NCBI RefSeq assembly: GCF_004010195.1 | Contig: NC_057718.1 | Span: 14,783,598-14,847,597 of the forward strand | Origin: Chiloscyllium plagiosum | Lineage: Eukaryota | DNA length: 64,000 nucleotides | Direction: 5' to 3' | Shown: positions 1 through 12,260 of the stretch, one piece after another | How positions within the stretch are numbered: the stretch's first letter is position 1 | How the letters are laid out: every line of letters starts with the position of its first letter | Made by a program: the position numbers and the translations under genes | Notes under the pieces: model-generated | What the model was told of the DNA's origin: nothing | What the model saw: only the letters and a program-made list of their open reading frames with translations | Databases searched by the model: none

Positions 1-278
1 CAATCTTCTTCCTGATCTCTCCGCCCCCACCCCCTCTCCGGCCTATCACCCTCACCTTAACCTCCTTCCACCTATCGCATTTCCAACGCCCCTCCCCCAA
101 GTCCCTCCTCCCTACCTTTTATCTTAGCCTGCTTGGCACACCATCCTCATTCCTGAAGAAGGGCTCATGCCCGAAATGTCGATTCTCCTGCTCCTTGGAT
201 GCTGCCTGACCTGCTGCGCTTTTCCAGCATCACATTTTCAGCTCTGATCTCCAGCATCTGCAGTCCTCACTTTCTCCT
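1..278 (+). mobile_element. Penelope-like element (family A) 3' terminal repeat, cut by the window edge
   Basis: Pyrimidine-rich region, hammerhead core at 153-180, then GATGCTGCCTGACCTGCTGCGCTTTTCCAGC and the tail TGATCTCCAGCATCTGCAGTCCTCACTTTCTCC. Near-identical to 31897-32067. Confidence 0.8.
153..180 (+). ncRNA. minimal hammerhead ribozyme core
   Basis: CTGAAGA-A-GGGC-TCAT-GCCC-GAAA-T-GTC. The ACGT palindrome has decayed to ATGT. Confidence 0.6.
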
Positions 279-1139
279 GTGTTTTTTAAATTGACCATTT
301 TGCCACGTGAAAGCATTAAAGTGCAAACAACTCCCCTTACTGTTTTCTGGTTAATGCTACATTCTGAAAACCCTTTACACCCACTGTACTCTTGATTTCA
401 TTCTGAATAGAGCACTTTTCAAGCTCTTCAAAGGAATGGAGAAAAAAAAATCCTTCAGCCAATATCAAAAGCATTTTCTTCTATGGGAGAGAAAAAATAT
501 AATCCAAGTTTTACTGAAGTTTAACTTCAAACATGTGCTGTGAAGTAAGACTTTAATGTTATTATATGGAGAAACATTGCTGATATTGTTCCCTTTGACC
601 AAGTCACATTTTGTCAATATTCATCTGAGTTCTTTTCATAACCATCAGGAGTCCTCTCTCTGTTTCCATGGAAACAGTCCTGCATATGATTATTTAAGAG
701 GAAATGCCTTGCAGAATCAAAAGTAAAATAGGTGAGTGAAATCTCATTAAAAGCTTTTCTAGTTGCAACAATTAATGGATGAAAGATGTCCACTGTTCCC
801 ATTCTGCGATCCGGCAGTGATAATCTCCTGCAACGTACTGAGTGAGCTGTGTTGTAATGACACTGTTAAATTCTGTCAAACATTATAGGAACTAATTACC
901 TTTACACTCAACAAACTTACATTTCCAGGATCTGTAACCATGGTGACAAGTTTTAAGAGTCTAAATGCATTCCCCAACAGCCACAGTCTGCACCTCCAAG
1001 GGTTTGAACCAGTGCTTAAGCATCAACCCACTCAGAGCTGCACCCCACAAGGGTCTGGAACTGGAACTCGCTCCTGCTCCAGTGGGGGGTTGGGTTACAC
1101 TAAATCTGGACCGTGCTTGTTTCGATCACACCTAAGAGA

Positions 1140-1640
1140 ACTTTCTGCAGTTCTGGTCATCATATTTTTATAAGGCTACAGAGGCACTGGAGAGGGTGCC
1201 AAGAAGATTTACAAAGATGATAATCAGGAATACAAGTACACACACATATCAGCAAAGTATTCATAGGCTTAGTCTGGTTTTCTGTTGGGGAAAATAAGTC
1301 TGGGGTAACCTAATAGAGGTCTTTCGAAAGTTTTTACTTCATGTCACTCAATAGTAATGATTTAATTCTTAAAAATTATGAAACATTTTGATTCAGTGGA
1401 CACAGAAAGAATATTTTTGACTTCCAGAAGTCAACAGTAAAATGATCACCAAGAAATCCAACGCAGAATTCAGAAGAAACATTACCCTGAGAATGGGGAA
1501 CTCGCTACCTGAGGGTGTGTTTGAAGCAAATCGCATTGATACACTGAAGGGGAAAGTAAACAGGCCTTTGGGGGCAAAGGGAAGAAAAGGTGACAATTAT
1601 AAATGTGGATGAAGAGGCCTGAGTGGAGCATAAACGCCAT
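1140..1640 (+). mobile_element. old CR1-type LINE 3' fragments
   Basis: GCAGTTCTGGTC...GGCACTGGAGAGGGTGCCAAGAAGATTTACAAAGATG resembles the CR1 ORF2 C-terminus seen in other copies here. Confidence 0.6.
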
Positions 1641-1644
1641 GGTA

Positions 1645-2090
1645 GGGCAGCACATGGTGGCTCAGTGGTTAGCACCATTACCTCACAGCACCAGGGTCCC
1701 AGGTTCAATTCCACCTTCAGCTGACTTTGCACATTTTCCCTATGTTTGCGTGAGGTTCTGCTGGGTGCTCTGCTTTCCTCCCCTCATCCAAAGTTGTGCA
1801 GGTTAGGCAGATTGGCTTGGGCTTTTGCCCGAAACGTCGATTCTCCTGCTCCTCGGATGCTGCCTGACCTGCAGTGCTTTTCCAGCACCACTGAATCTAG
1901 ACTCTGACCTCCAGCATCTGCAGACCTCACTTTCGCCTTGGGAAATTGCCCACAATGTCCAGGGATGCGCCACTAGGTGGGTTAACCATGGGAAATGCAG
2001 GGTTACAAGGAAGGGATGGATCTGGATGGAACAGTTGGTGTGGACTTGATGGGCCGAATAATCCACTTTCACACTGTAGGGATTCTACGA
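1645..2090 (+). mobile_element. HE1-type V-SINE interrupted by a PLE fragment
   Basis: tRNA-like head with A box TGGCTCAGTGG and B box GGTTCAATTCC, and tail CACTGTAGGGATTCTA. Confidence 0.85.
1819..1937 (+). mobile_element. PLE family A terminal fragment nested in HE1
   Basis: Begins at hammerhead stem II (GGGCTTTTGCCCGAAACGTC) and ends at the tail CTCACTTTCGCC. Confidence 0.8.
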
Positions 2091-2245
2091 TTCCAGACAG
2101 TCAAATAAAAGAAAAGCATTGGAGCTCTGTAAAAAAAATTTTGCTTTTTTAAAACTCTAGCCTGTACTGGTTGAGCTCTGTCCTGTGTCATATATCATTT
2201 GTAATATGGAATCACAAGGACTCCAACAGGAAGCCCTCAATGCAG

Positions 2246-2813
2246 TATGATGATGCTGTCACTTTAAAAAGATTATTTTGTCCTTGGTTTGTTTGAAGAG
2301 AGGTCAAAAGGCAGAAGGGTCGAAGAGTCTATTTTAACAATGGAAGTGGAGTGACCAGTCCTCCCAGTTCAGGTTTTTTCTATTTGTTTTAGCTGTAGCA
2401 ATCATAAGGCATGTGAGTCCAGGGGAGCTGCAAGCTTCAGTAAAGAATTCCTCTGATTTTCCTCTGAGATCTCTCTCTGGAAGTTGCCATCTCCTGTCTT
2501 TTAGAATCTGTGGTTGAATTTATCTTTTTGCCAAGGGGTGTGTTTATGGGATGTAACTGTGTTAGAACAGTTAATTAGTAATAGTTACTGTATCGGGTTG
2601 GTTAAGGTTTCCCATAGTTAAGTTATTCCAAATTCCACTTTCTTTTGTTCGTGTTTCAACTGTAGTGTTTAAATAAATTCTGTTTTGCTTAAAGCCAAGT
2701 GGTTTGATCAGACCTGGAGTATCCACTTCACATATGCCTCTAGAATAAGAAAATGTTAAGGACTAGGCTAACCTCTTGCAATATTTTAAGGGGGTCTGGC
2801 CTGGTCCATAACA
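2246..2813 (+). mobile_element. solo LTR-like element
   Basis: Start is homologous to TGTGACAATACTGTG at 63601. Ends CCATAACA, has AATAAA near 2672, and has flanks GCAG/GCAA (imperfect 4-bp TSD). Confidence 0.6.
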
Positions 2814-4584
2814 GCAAGATGGGCGATAAATGAAGACTTGCCAGCAGCACCCACATGCCAAGGGCATTAGAATGCAAGATCCTGAGCCTCAAACTGAGGA
2901 GCAGTAAACAGATACTGACCCTCCAAAAGGCGCTATCCTCCTCTGAGGGCCAGAATGAAAAAGATTCAATATATTAACTTTGTTTCTCTGTCCACAGATG
3001 CTGCCAGACTTGCTGAGTTTCTCCAGCACGCTCTTCATTTATTTTCCAAACTCCAGTATTTACTTAGCTTCTCTTTCAGATGTCACCTTGTTAATCAGTT
3101 CTCACAAGCAGCAACAAATGCGCTCCAGCAAACACACATTGCACCTTCAATGAACATTGAAGGCTCATGTGGTGTAGTGGCAGTGTCCCTACCTTTGAAC
3201 CAGGAGACCCAGGATCACATCCCAGAGGTCTGTCATCATAGCTCCAAAAAGATTGATTTGGAAGATGTCTGCCAGTCGTGACAGCAGTCCCTCAGCACTT
3301 CAAACACATAGACCCTCAAAAGCTTCCTCCTGAATTAGCTGCAAAGGTAGCTTTACCTCATAGCAGCTCATCAAACGCTTTCGTTCCCCAACCCAGAATT
3401 GCCAAGGCTGTGAAGCTGTTGGTTAGAATAGTGGGGAAAACGTGAACCAGAAATGAGCTCAACATAAAAGGGATTAGAAACATAATCACATTAATAGGCA
3501 TTCAGGCAAGAGAGGTCATCATCCTGACGCATATGTTGGTTCAGTTTCTCTCCACAGACCTGCTGAGTTTTTCTAACCTTTTGGTTTAAGCTTTATTTCA
3601 AACATAAACAAAGTCTCAGTGTGGGGAGTTTTATCAGTTTCAGTCAGCAGTCTCTGCCACCTGCGGTTTCCACTCTGTTCCCGTCTCAGAGTTACTGAGT
3701 GGACAACGAGACATGATCTCTTAACTTTTTCTGGTGGAAATCTGCTTCTCTCTCTTCAGAAAGGAACCGATTGTAGTATCAGGCCGCCCAAGACGAAACA
3801 CATCCTGTCTCAGCACAGCACTCCTACAATACCAGAACAAGACTTTAAAAATTAACAGGCCCCTAGTTTAATAAAGGGTTGCACTTCAGAAAAGAAAACA
3901 AACATCCCTCCTTAATCTCCTTTGCCCCTTCTCCAATGTTACCTCATCCCTCACTCAGCACAGACCAGGGATTGAAAGGAAGATTTTCCCTAATCTGAAT
4001 GGTTATTCTCCCTGCATATACTTGCTGAGCTTTCTAACTCACTCTCTAATATTACACTAAAAACCCACACACTCCTCTCATCCTCCAAATTATAAGCTTC
4101 AATGTAAAGCCCTCGTAAAACCACACTCTGTGGGACCATGCTATTCTTCAGATAGGGTGTCTTGGAAAGATTGGATCACCCTGTTTAACTTGTGACTCAT
4201 CTTGCAGAAGAAAGTTCTCTAAATCCCCTGTCTGTGCCTCACTTTCAGCGGCAGAGTCTCATACATCCAAAGCCACTAAAATGTGCAGACCATATTAATT
4301 TCAGCAGACAAGTTCCTTAACTCATTGAACAGCATGCCATAGGACAGGCAGTTGAAGTTATATACCCAAAGAGCAACAGAAAACCCAGAGAAGAAATTCC
4401 AGAAACATTCACGAACTAAATCTGTACCTCTATGTGAACTATGTGAAACAGAGAGGCATTTTTCCTGGCTGTGAGGAATTGCAAACTGTCCCCTATGATA
4501 AGCCAACAATTACAAAGTGATCACAAGACTCGTTTCTGTGGTCAGATATTCTTAGTCACATGAACTGTGGATCATTGGATAATA

Positions 4585-5125
4585 CCCAGGCCTCAGAGTC
4601 AGAAGGTTGTGAGTTCAACTCTTGCTCCAGAGACAGTGAGATAAAATCAGTTAGGCGAAAGTGGGTACTGCAGATGTGTTCCTGATCTCTGATGAAGTGC
4701 TTTTGTTTGAAACGTCGATTTCCCTGCTCCTCGGATGCTGCCTGACGTGCTGTGCTTTTCCAGCACCACTCTAATCTTGACATTGAGATAAAAGTCCACT
4801 CAAAAGTTACTGTGAGAGTTCTAAAAGATCTCATCAACTTTTGGATGAGATTTCAAAACAAGGCACCATGTGCTTTATAAGCTGGAAGTAAAAGATCTAA
4901 TGGCACTATCCAGCTAAGAACATGGAAATTAGCCAAAATGTTCAGGACAATATTTATCTCTTAGCCAACACAAAAAAAAAACAAGCCAGTTGTTACCACA
5001 TTATAGTTTCCCTCACTGTACACCAAATTAACTACTTCATTGCTTACACATGTTTAGTTGGCTATCAAAAATGCTCCAGAGCCTTTAGGCTGTGAAAAGC
5101 ACTATATAAATGCAAACCTTTTTTT
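4585..5125 (+). mobile_element. Deu-domain SINE (SacSINE1/AmnSINE1-like), interrupted
   Basis: GTCAGAAGGTTGTGAGTTCAA head, AAAAGATC...TGGCACTAT core, and CACTATATAAATGCAA tail. Confidence 0.65.
4653..4781. mobile_element. PLE family A inverted composite insertion
   Basis: Minus-strand tail at 4653-4676, then a plus-strand arm from CTGATGA (4689). TSD GACAGTGAGATAAAA (4632-4646) / GACATTGAGATAAAA (4779-4793). Confidence 0.75.
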
Positions 5126-5173
5126 TACTCATGAAGTACTTGCAAACAGATTCCTGACTAACAAGAATTCAGT

Positions 5174-5690
5174 CCTATCGGAAGGAAGTTGTGAAACTTG
5201 AAAGGATTCAGAAAAGATTTACAAGGATGTTGCCAGGGTTGGAGGATTTGAGCTATAGGGAGAGGCTGAATGGGCTGGGCTGTTTTCCCTGGAGCGTCAG
5301 AGGCTGAGGGGTGACCTTATACAGGTTTATAAAATCATGAGGGGCATGGATAGGATAGACAAAGTCTTTTCCCGGGGGGCAGGAGTCCAGAACTAGAGGG
5401 CATAGGTTTAGGGTGAGAGGGGAAAGATATAAAAGAGACCTGAGGGGCAACATTTTCACACAGAGGGTGGTGCGTATGTGGAATGAGCTGCCAGAGGAAG
5501 TGGTGGAGGCTAGTACAATTACAACATTTAAAAGGGATCTGGATGGGTATATGAATAGGAAAGGTTTGGAGGGATATGGGTCAAGTGCTGGCAAATGGGA
5601 CTAGATTGGGGTGGGATATCTGGTTGGCATGGACGAGTTGGACCGAAGGGTCTGTTTCCACACTGTACATCTCTATGATTCTATGACTCT
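5174..5690 (+). mobile_element. CR1/HER1-type LINE 3' end
   Basis: LERIQKRFTRMLPGL...RGDL and FTQRVVRMWNELPEEVVEA peptides, ending in a CTCTATGA-type tail. Confidence 0.9.
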
Positions 5691-6239
5691 AAGTCTTGCG
5701 GTGAACAGTGGGGATAAGATTTCAAACATTTTTTGTGGGGGTGGGGGTGGAAGCACAGATGTTCAGAGTGAGGGTTATCTGTCCAAGAGAATGTAGAGGT
5801 CACCCTCTAAAGATACATTGCCCTGGGCTCCACATAGCAAGGGCAGATGGTGGCACCATGGTAATGTCCGTGGACTGATGCCATTGGTTAAAAATCATTA
5901 TTCAAATTCAGCACAGCGCCCAGTAGAATTGAAATGACGTGAATGAAATCGGGAATTGCTTGCTTCAGTAATGAGATTATTATCATTTGTCCTAAAATCC
6001 AAACTGGTTCACTATTGCCATTCATTGGGGAAATCTTCCCCCAGACTTGTCTACATGTTACCCACAACAATGTGGTTGACTTTTAACTGACTAATTATTC
6101 TAATCCCATTTTCCAGCATTAATGTGCAAGACTCAAGGTTTCAGAAAATTGCCATACAATGTTTTAAAAAGCACCATTCGGGCCTTGAAAATAAAGTCCC
6201 TTTGTCATAAAACAAACAAGGGAAAAGATCAAAGGAAGA

Positions 6240-6570
6240 AAATCACAGTTTTACATCCTGAGCATGTCCTAAGAGAACTCACAGACAATTAAGTTCTTTG
6301 GAAGTCTGCTCATTGTTGTGAAAAGGGGCATGCAGCAGGTAATCGGCACATTGCCAGATCCCACAATCTTCTGTAATTTTGGTTGTTAATATGATTTGAG
6401 GGATAGATATTGGCCAGGACAACGAAGCAAAACCACCTGCCCTTCTTTGAAATAGTGACATGGGATCTGATTCCATCTCAGAGGGTAGAGGGTCCTCTGG
6501 TTCATGGCTCATTTGAAAAGCAGCGCCTCCAACTGTGCTGTACTAAATCAGTACTGCACTGGACCAACAG
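6240..6570 (-). mobile_element. Deu-domain SINE remnant
   Basis: TTGAGGGATAGATATTGGCCAGGACA and TTTGAAATAGTGACATGGGATC are the reverse complement of the core at 55736-55810. Confidence 0.6.
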
Positions 6571-7359
6571 CTGAGAGCATCCACTCAAATTAACAGAAAG
6601 ACTTCTTGGGAAAACGAATCACATTAGTCATCTGCTCTGCAAGCTGAAGGTGGCACAAAAGCAAGAGGATCAGACAGGCACATGGCCATTGATGCAATCC
6701 AGTAAATAGCACTGTCAGACTAGATCCAAATAAACAGCCAGGCTTTGTGGCTTTTCAATGGCAGCGATTGCTCTCTGGTCTCCAGACATGTAAACGGAAG
6801 TGAAGGGATGCATTCCATCTGTTGTGTGCATGTGAAAAACCATCAGCATCAAGTAAAAGCCACCCTTGCCAGTATTTAGACAGGGTCTGCTTTTTCACAG
6901 GCCTGAGTTTGTCCTTCCAGCAACCTGAATGTCAGGCTGGAGTCACAGGTCGTACAGTAAACCTTTCTAACCTTGAGAACTGATCCTTGTCTGCCACCAG
7001 CATGAACTTACTGAATGACCTGTTGGGTGACATAATATACTCCAAATATCAAGTCTATGGTTAATCGGACAGTATTTACTGAATTATCCCAAGTATGCCA
7101 GGAATCACACTAATAAACTGTTTAAGATTATAAACTAATCTTGTAATGTGACTCACTTACACTTGCTAGAATATAGAGGGCTCTGTTCTCTGCATGCTCA
7201 CAGAATCCTTGGCCACATATACAATAGAAACAAATCCATTAGCATCTTTCAAAGGAAACTGGTTAAAAATCTTCAAAGGGAAACTTCTGAGGCAAAATCC
7301 AGGTGAACGGGGACTGGTTCAGAACATAGGCACACAGGAAACAGGAAACAGGAAAAGGA

Positions 7360-7805
7360 GTCATAGAGTCATAGTATTAGAGATGTACAGCATGGAAACA
7401 GACCCTTCGGTCCAATTCATCCATGTCGACCAGATATCCTAATCTTATCTACTACCATTTGACAGCACCCGGCCCATATCCCTCCAAACCCTTCGTATTC
7501 ATATACCCATCCAGATGCCTTTAAATGTTGTAATTGTACCAGCCTCCACCACTTCCTCTGGCAGCTCATTCCATACACACACCACTCTCTGCGTGAAAAA
7601 GTTCCCCCTTAGGTCCCTTTTATATCTTTCCCTTCTCACCCTAAACCTATGCCCTCTAGCTCTGGACTTCCCCACCCCAGAGAAAGGACCTTATCTATTT
7701 ATCCTATCCATGCCCCTCATGGTTTTATAAACCTCTGTAAGGTCACCCCTCAACCTTTGACGCTTCAGGGAAAGCAGCCCCAGCCTATTCAGCCTCTCCC
7801 GATAG
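7360..7805 (-). mobile_element. CR1/HER1-type LINE 3' end
   Basis: Reverse complement of the 5270-5690 sequence. Confidence 0.9.
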
Positions 7806-8104
7806 CTGTAGGCCATTCAGCTCATTGACCTGCACCACCATTCTAACAGATCATACAAACCTTAACACCATGTTTCCAAATCAACCTGGCTTAAAAGCAT
7901 TTAGAAATTTATCCATTTCGGCCTTGGATCTGCTCAATGACTAAGTCTCCACAGCTCCCCGGGATAAAGAATTCCATGATGCACAACCCTCTGTGGGGAA
8001 ATTCCTCCCGATCTCAGCCCTAAATGGCCTGCTCCCTCATTCTGAGACTGTGTGGCCTAGAGCGCCCTGCCAAGGGCAACACCCTATCCATACCAAAGTG
8101 AATC

Positions 8105-8330
8105 CAAAATCAGTACAAGAATGATGGGCCAAATAATCTTTCAAAATCAGTACAAGAATGATGGGCCAAATAATCTCTAAGGAGAAAGTGAGGTCTGCAG
8201 ATGCTGGAGATCAGAGATGGAAATAATCTCTATCTTCAAAATCAGTACAAGAATGATGGGCCAAATAATCTCTAAGGAGAAAGTGAGGTCTGCAGATGCT
8301 GGAGATCAGAGATGGAAATAATCTCTATCT
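8105..8330. repeat. compound tandem duplication containing a PLE tail
   Basis: A 35-bp unit at 8105, 8142 and 8237. A 95-bp unit is repeated twice (8142, 8237). Confidence 0.9.
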
Positions 8331-8399
8331 GTATTATAAGTTTCTATGATCCTAGGACCCGCTCCAACATGGCTGCAGAACATTTTGCCTTTCGGTTAA

Positions 8400-8720
8400 G
8401 AGGAGACAGGTCATGAGGTGTACAAAAGTATAAGTGGCACAAATAGGAACAATCTTTTGTAGATAACTCAGGGGGACAGATCTGAGGTGAGAGGCAGGAT
8501 GTTTACAGGAGTCTTGAGGTAACTGGTTTTCAGCCAGAGGGTTGTAGGTGTCTGGAACTCACTGCCTAAAAAGGTGCTGAAGGCAAGAACCCTACCAACT
8601 TTCAGATAAGCAATTGAAACAGCCATAGTAAACAAAGATTCAGGCCAAGTGCTGGAAAACAGGATTAGAGTAGATAGGTGCTTGAAGACCAGCACAGACA
8701 CAATGGGCTTAACCTTATGA
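8400..8720 (+). mobile_element. old CR1 3' fragment
   Basis: CAGAGGGTTGTAGGTGTCTGGAACTCACTGCCT motif; similar to 22750-22800 and 57760-57800. Confidence 0.65.
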
Positions 8721-9381
8721 TTTTATTTGGAACTCTAAGGGTTTCAGCAGTGGTCTGTTCCAAGCTTATGTATAGGTTTGTGCTAATTATTAGGAGAGTA
8801 TTGTGCACAAATCACAGCCCAGCCTACGTACACAATTTGCCAATTAATGCAGCAGTGTAATCGAATTTAACATGTGGGAGTTTAATATACACGTTTGATG
8901 GCTCAGAATAGGCACCATTGTTCCTTATAAACACTATGTGCCTGTTCCATAAAGTAACCATAAAACATTATTCAACAAAACAGCTGCAGGAGAATAAAGG
9001 CGTTACTAAGGTATAACTCTGAGTATCAAAGAGCAGGTAAGAACAGATAGTCTGGGGCTCTGCAAGGACTAAATACCCTGGACAGGTCTAGTTTCTTATC
9101 GAGTTAGTGGAAATTTACAGCAAAATGACAAAGCTGATGAATGTGAGAAATGGATACTTTCCAGATAAATGTTAATTTGACAGGACAGGTTTGGCTCATT
9201 ACAGCCTGCAACTGAAGCAGGTTACAATCATTGTTTCACATGTAATACACAGTTTGATCCCACTGGTCTATACTGGCATTAATAATCCACACAAGCCTCT
9301 TTCTACCTTGCTTCATACACCATCCAAATATCCTTTTGTTCCTTTCTCCCTCATTGCCTACTCTAGCTTCCCATTAAATTA

Positions 9382-9671
9382 GGGGTGGCACAGCGGCTAG
9401 CACTGCTGCCTCACAGCACCAGGGTCCCAGGTTCGATTCCAGCCTTGGGCGACTGTCTGTGTGGAGTTTGCACATTCTCCCTGTGTCTGCGTGGGTTTCC
9501 TCCCACAGTCCAAAGATGTGCAGGTCAGGTGAATTGGCCATGGTAGATTGCCCATAGTGTTAGGTGCATTAGTCAGAGGGAAATGGGTCTGGGTGGGTTA
9601 CTCTTCGGAGGGTCGGTGTGGACTGGTTGGGCCAAAGGGCCTGTTTTCACACTGTAGGGAATCTAATCTAA
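9382..9671 (+). mobile_element. HE1-type V-SINE (AATCT-tail subtype)
   Basis: B box GGTTCGATTCC and V-domain GTGGAGTTTGCACATTCTCC. Near-identical to 22861-23178. Confidence 0.9.
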
Positions 9672-11914
9672 ATGACGTTCATCTCAACTACCCCTTGTGG
9701 TTGCAAGTTCCATATTCCAACCACTCTACAGGCAAAAATGTTTCATCTGGATCCCATTTGGATGTTTTGGTGGTCACCTTATTCTTATGGCCCTCAATCT
9801 TCTCAAAAGTAATGACAGGTTGTCAGTAGTAAATGGAAGGCAGCAGATTGATTAGAAAACAAGAGATTGATCCCTCGCTTTGTTTGTGTCTAGGTTCATT
9901 TCTGAGAAATTAATTGCCAAAATTCTCATTGTTTTAATTTTATTGAGAAAAAGGAATCATCCAAGGAAAAGGCCATAGACACTTACAATGTTAAAGACTT
10001 AATATAAATGAAAGTTGCTAGTCTTGTTCTAAATTCAAACCTCCACCAGTGTTAGGGATGGTTTGGAGAAGATGGTGGTGAGGAACATGATCAATCAAGA
10101 TTCTTTTGAATGATGGAGTTATCTTGAAGGAACAAATGGCTTCTTCTCTCTCCTATTTCTTACATTTTTATATTTATCTTCCTGCTGGTTCTTCACTTAA
10201 GCTATGAGTGGACGGAATTTCACATTTTATACAAAATCTTTCACACTTTACAACCAGTTGAGCCATTTTTTGAAATGGTGGAATGTAGCAAGCTTCCATA
10301 AACCAAAGTGAGCTGTTGATCAGCTGGTGATTGTGTTATAAATATTGGTCAGAACACTAGGGATAAATTCCCCAGCTCTCCTTCAAAACAGTGCTCTGAG
10401 ATCTTTGACATCCACTTGAATGGGCATGTTAATTGTTTATAAATTGTACGTAGGTGGACTGAATTTGTTGTGATTTTACACATACGGAGACACTTACTGT
10501 AACTGTGGGTGGTTGATTTAGGAGATATGTGCTTGTAATGTCTCACACTGTAAATAATAGACAACTGAGAGATCATTGGACTTCCCTCACCATTTAACAC
10601 TCTGGAGTGTAACAAGGCACTAAGGCCTCCATTTAACCTTTGACCCAAAAAAATGGCACTTCAAACAGCATATGTAGTACTCCAGCATTCCCACAGTACT
10701 GCATTCCTGGGGTGGGACTTGAGCTTAGAGCCTTCTAACCCAGAGGCTTGGGTGCTACCATTGATCCACAGTGGATGCACAAAGTGCCACAGACTTCAAC
10801 ATACTCTGTAACACTAGAGCAGAATTACTATCAGACCTACTAAAAATATATCACACCTCACTCTATATATAGTTCTTGGCAGACCTAATAATGCTTCCAC
10901 CTCTTCACAATTAGCCAATTGTTAGTTACTGCCTGTTTTTCAGGATTAATTCGCTCCCTCCCCTGCAAATAAAAAACTGTTAGGAGGCAGTAAAACATTC
11001 CTGTACTCAGGTAGTGTTTCCTCGTCTGGACTATAGCATTCTTTCCTCGGAAGCATTAAAAACTAATTAAACCACATTTTCTTCTGCTAAGCTCCCCATG
11101 TTGGAGTCAAGCCACCCTCACAATTATTTAGTCTCAACGCTGACACGGTGGATGTTAATGCCTCACTCTTTCAGCTCTGGCATAAATCACTACAAAATTT
11201 AACATACTGCCAAAGCCATATAATCTCACAAAACCTTATGTGTTCAGACTACCAATTCATTTAGATAACGGACAGGTTCATTATCAGTACAAACTCGTTA
11301 CGTGGAAACAGTACAATACCAGCCACACTTATACACTCTGCAGTCTCCCAAACACTTCTTCCATTGTAAAGCGAGCATCAATTCTGAGGGTCCTTACAGA
11401 ATCCGATGTCCTCGTTGGAAGATTAACAGGTCTCAAGTAGCTCAAACAAATTATTTGAACTAATGTCCATGTTCAATTACCCGTGGAAAACAATGTTCAT
11501 GCTTGTGAATCTTGCATTTATTCACATTTTGTAAAACGTACAAGTTTCTTTCAGACGTTTCAGAGGAATAATTGTGTGACTAACACTCGAAGAGCTGGCT
11601 CTCATTTGACTGTGTTCGTTTTGCTGCTTTGTTGGTGGCTGACCGAATTAGAGAGAATATAAGCAGACAAAATGATCAAGTTGCTTCCTCTTTACGTAAT
11701 GCATGTTGGACAAGATTGGAGATCAAGGCGAGGCTAGCGAATGAGCATCCCGGTTGTGAAACATCCATTACAGCTGCAACCCTTTCTTACAGCACCAGCA
11801 TCTTCCATGTAAACTGCTGAGTGTTATTTTGGTGATTAAGGGATTTGTCATTACCAGGTAGAAAAGAAATACTTATCCACTGGGGAAGTCCAGAAAAAAA
11901 AAGCACAGTCCTAA

Positions 11915-12260
11915 CAACAACCATATTTGTATAGCGTCTTTAACATAGTAAAACTTCCCAAAGTTCTTCACAGTGATGCGATCATGACAAAATTGGCATC
12001 ATGGCACATGTTTAAAGAGGCAGGTTTTAAGAAGCCTCCTAAGGTAGAACAGGAGGCTAGAAAGTTTTCGGGGGGGAATTCCAGAGCTTAAAGGTTCAGC
12101 ACAATAACCAATGGTCAAACGATTAAAATCAGAGGTGCATAAGACAGCAAGATTGGAACAGCGCTGATATCAGGCAGGGCTGGAAGAGCTTACAGAGATG
12201 GAGGGAGCTGAAGCCATGGAGGGATTCGAAAGGAAGGACAAGAATTTGAAAACCTATCTT
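11915..12260 (-). mobile_element. L2-like LINE 3' remnant
   Basis: AACAACAACC..TATAGCGTCTTTAACATAGTAAAAC and GGAATTCCAGAGC resemble an L2-type 3' end. Confidence 0.5.

Noticed and set aside
8105..8330. CRISPR-like repeat-spacer pattern (35-bp repeat x3)
   Set aside because: The spacers are identical or absent, the context is vertebrate, and there are no cas genes. A TSD plus tandem duplication explains it.
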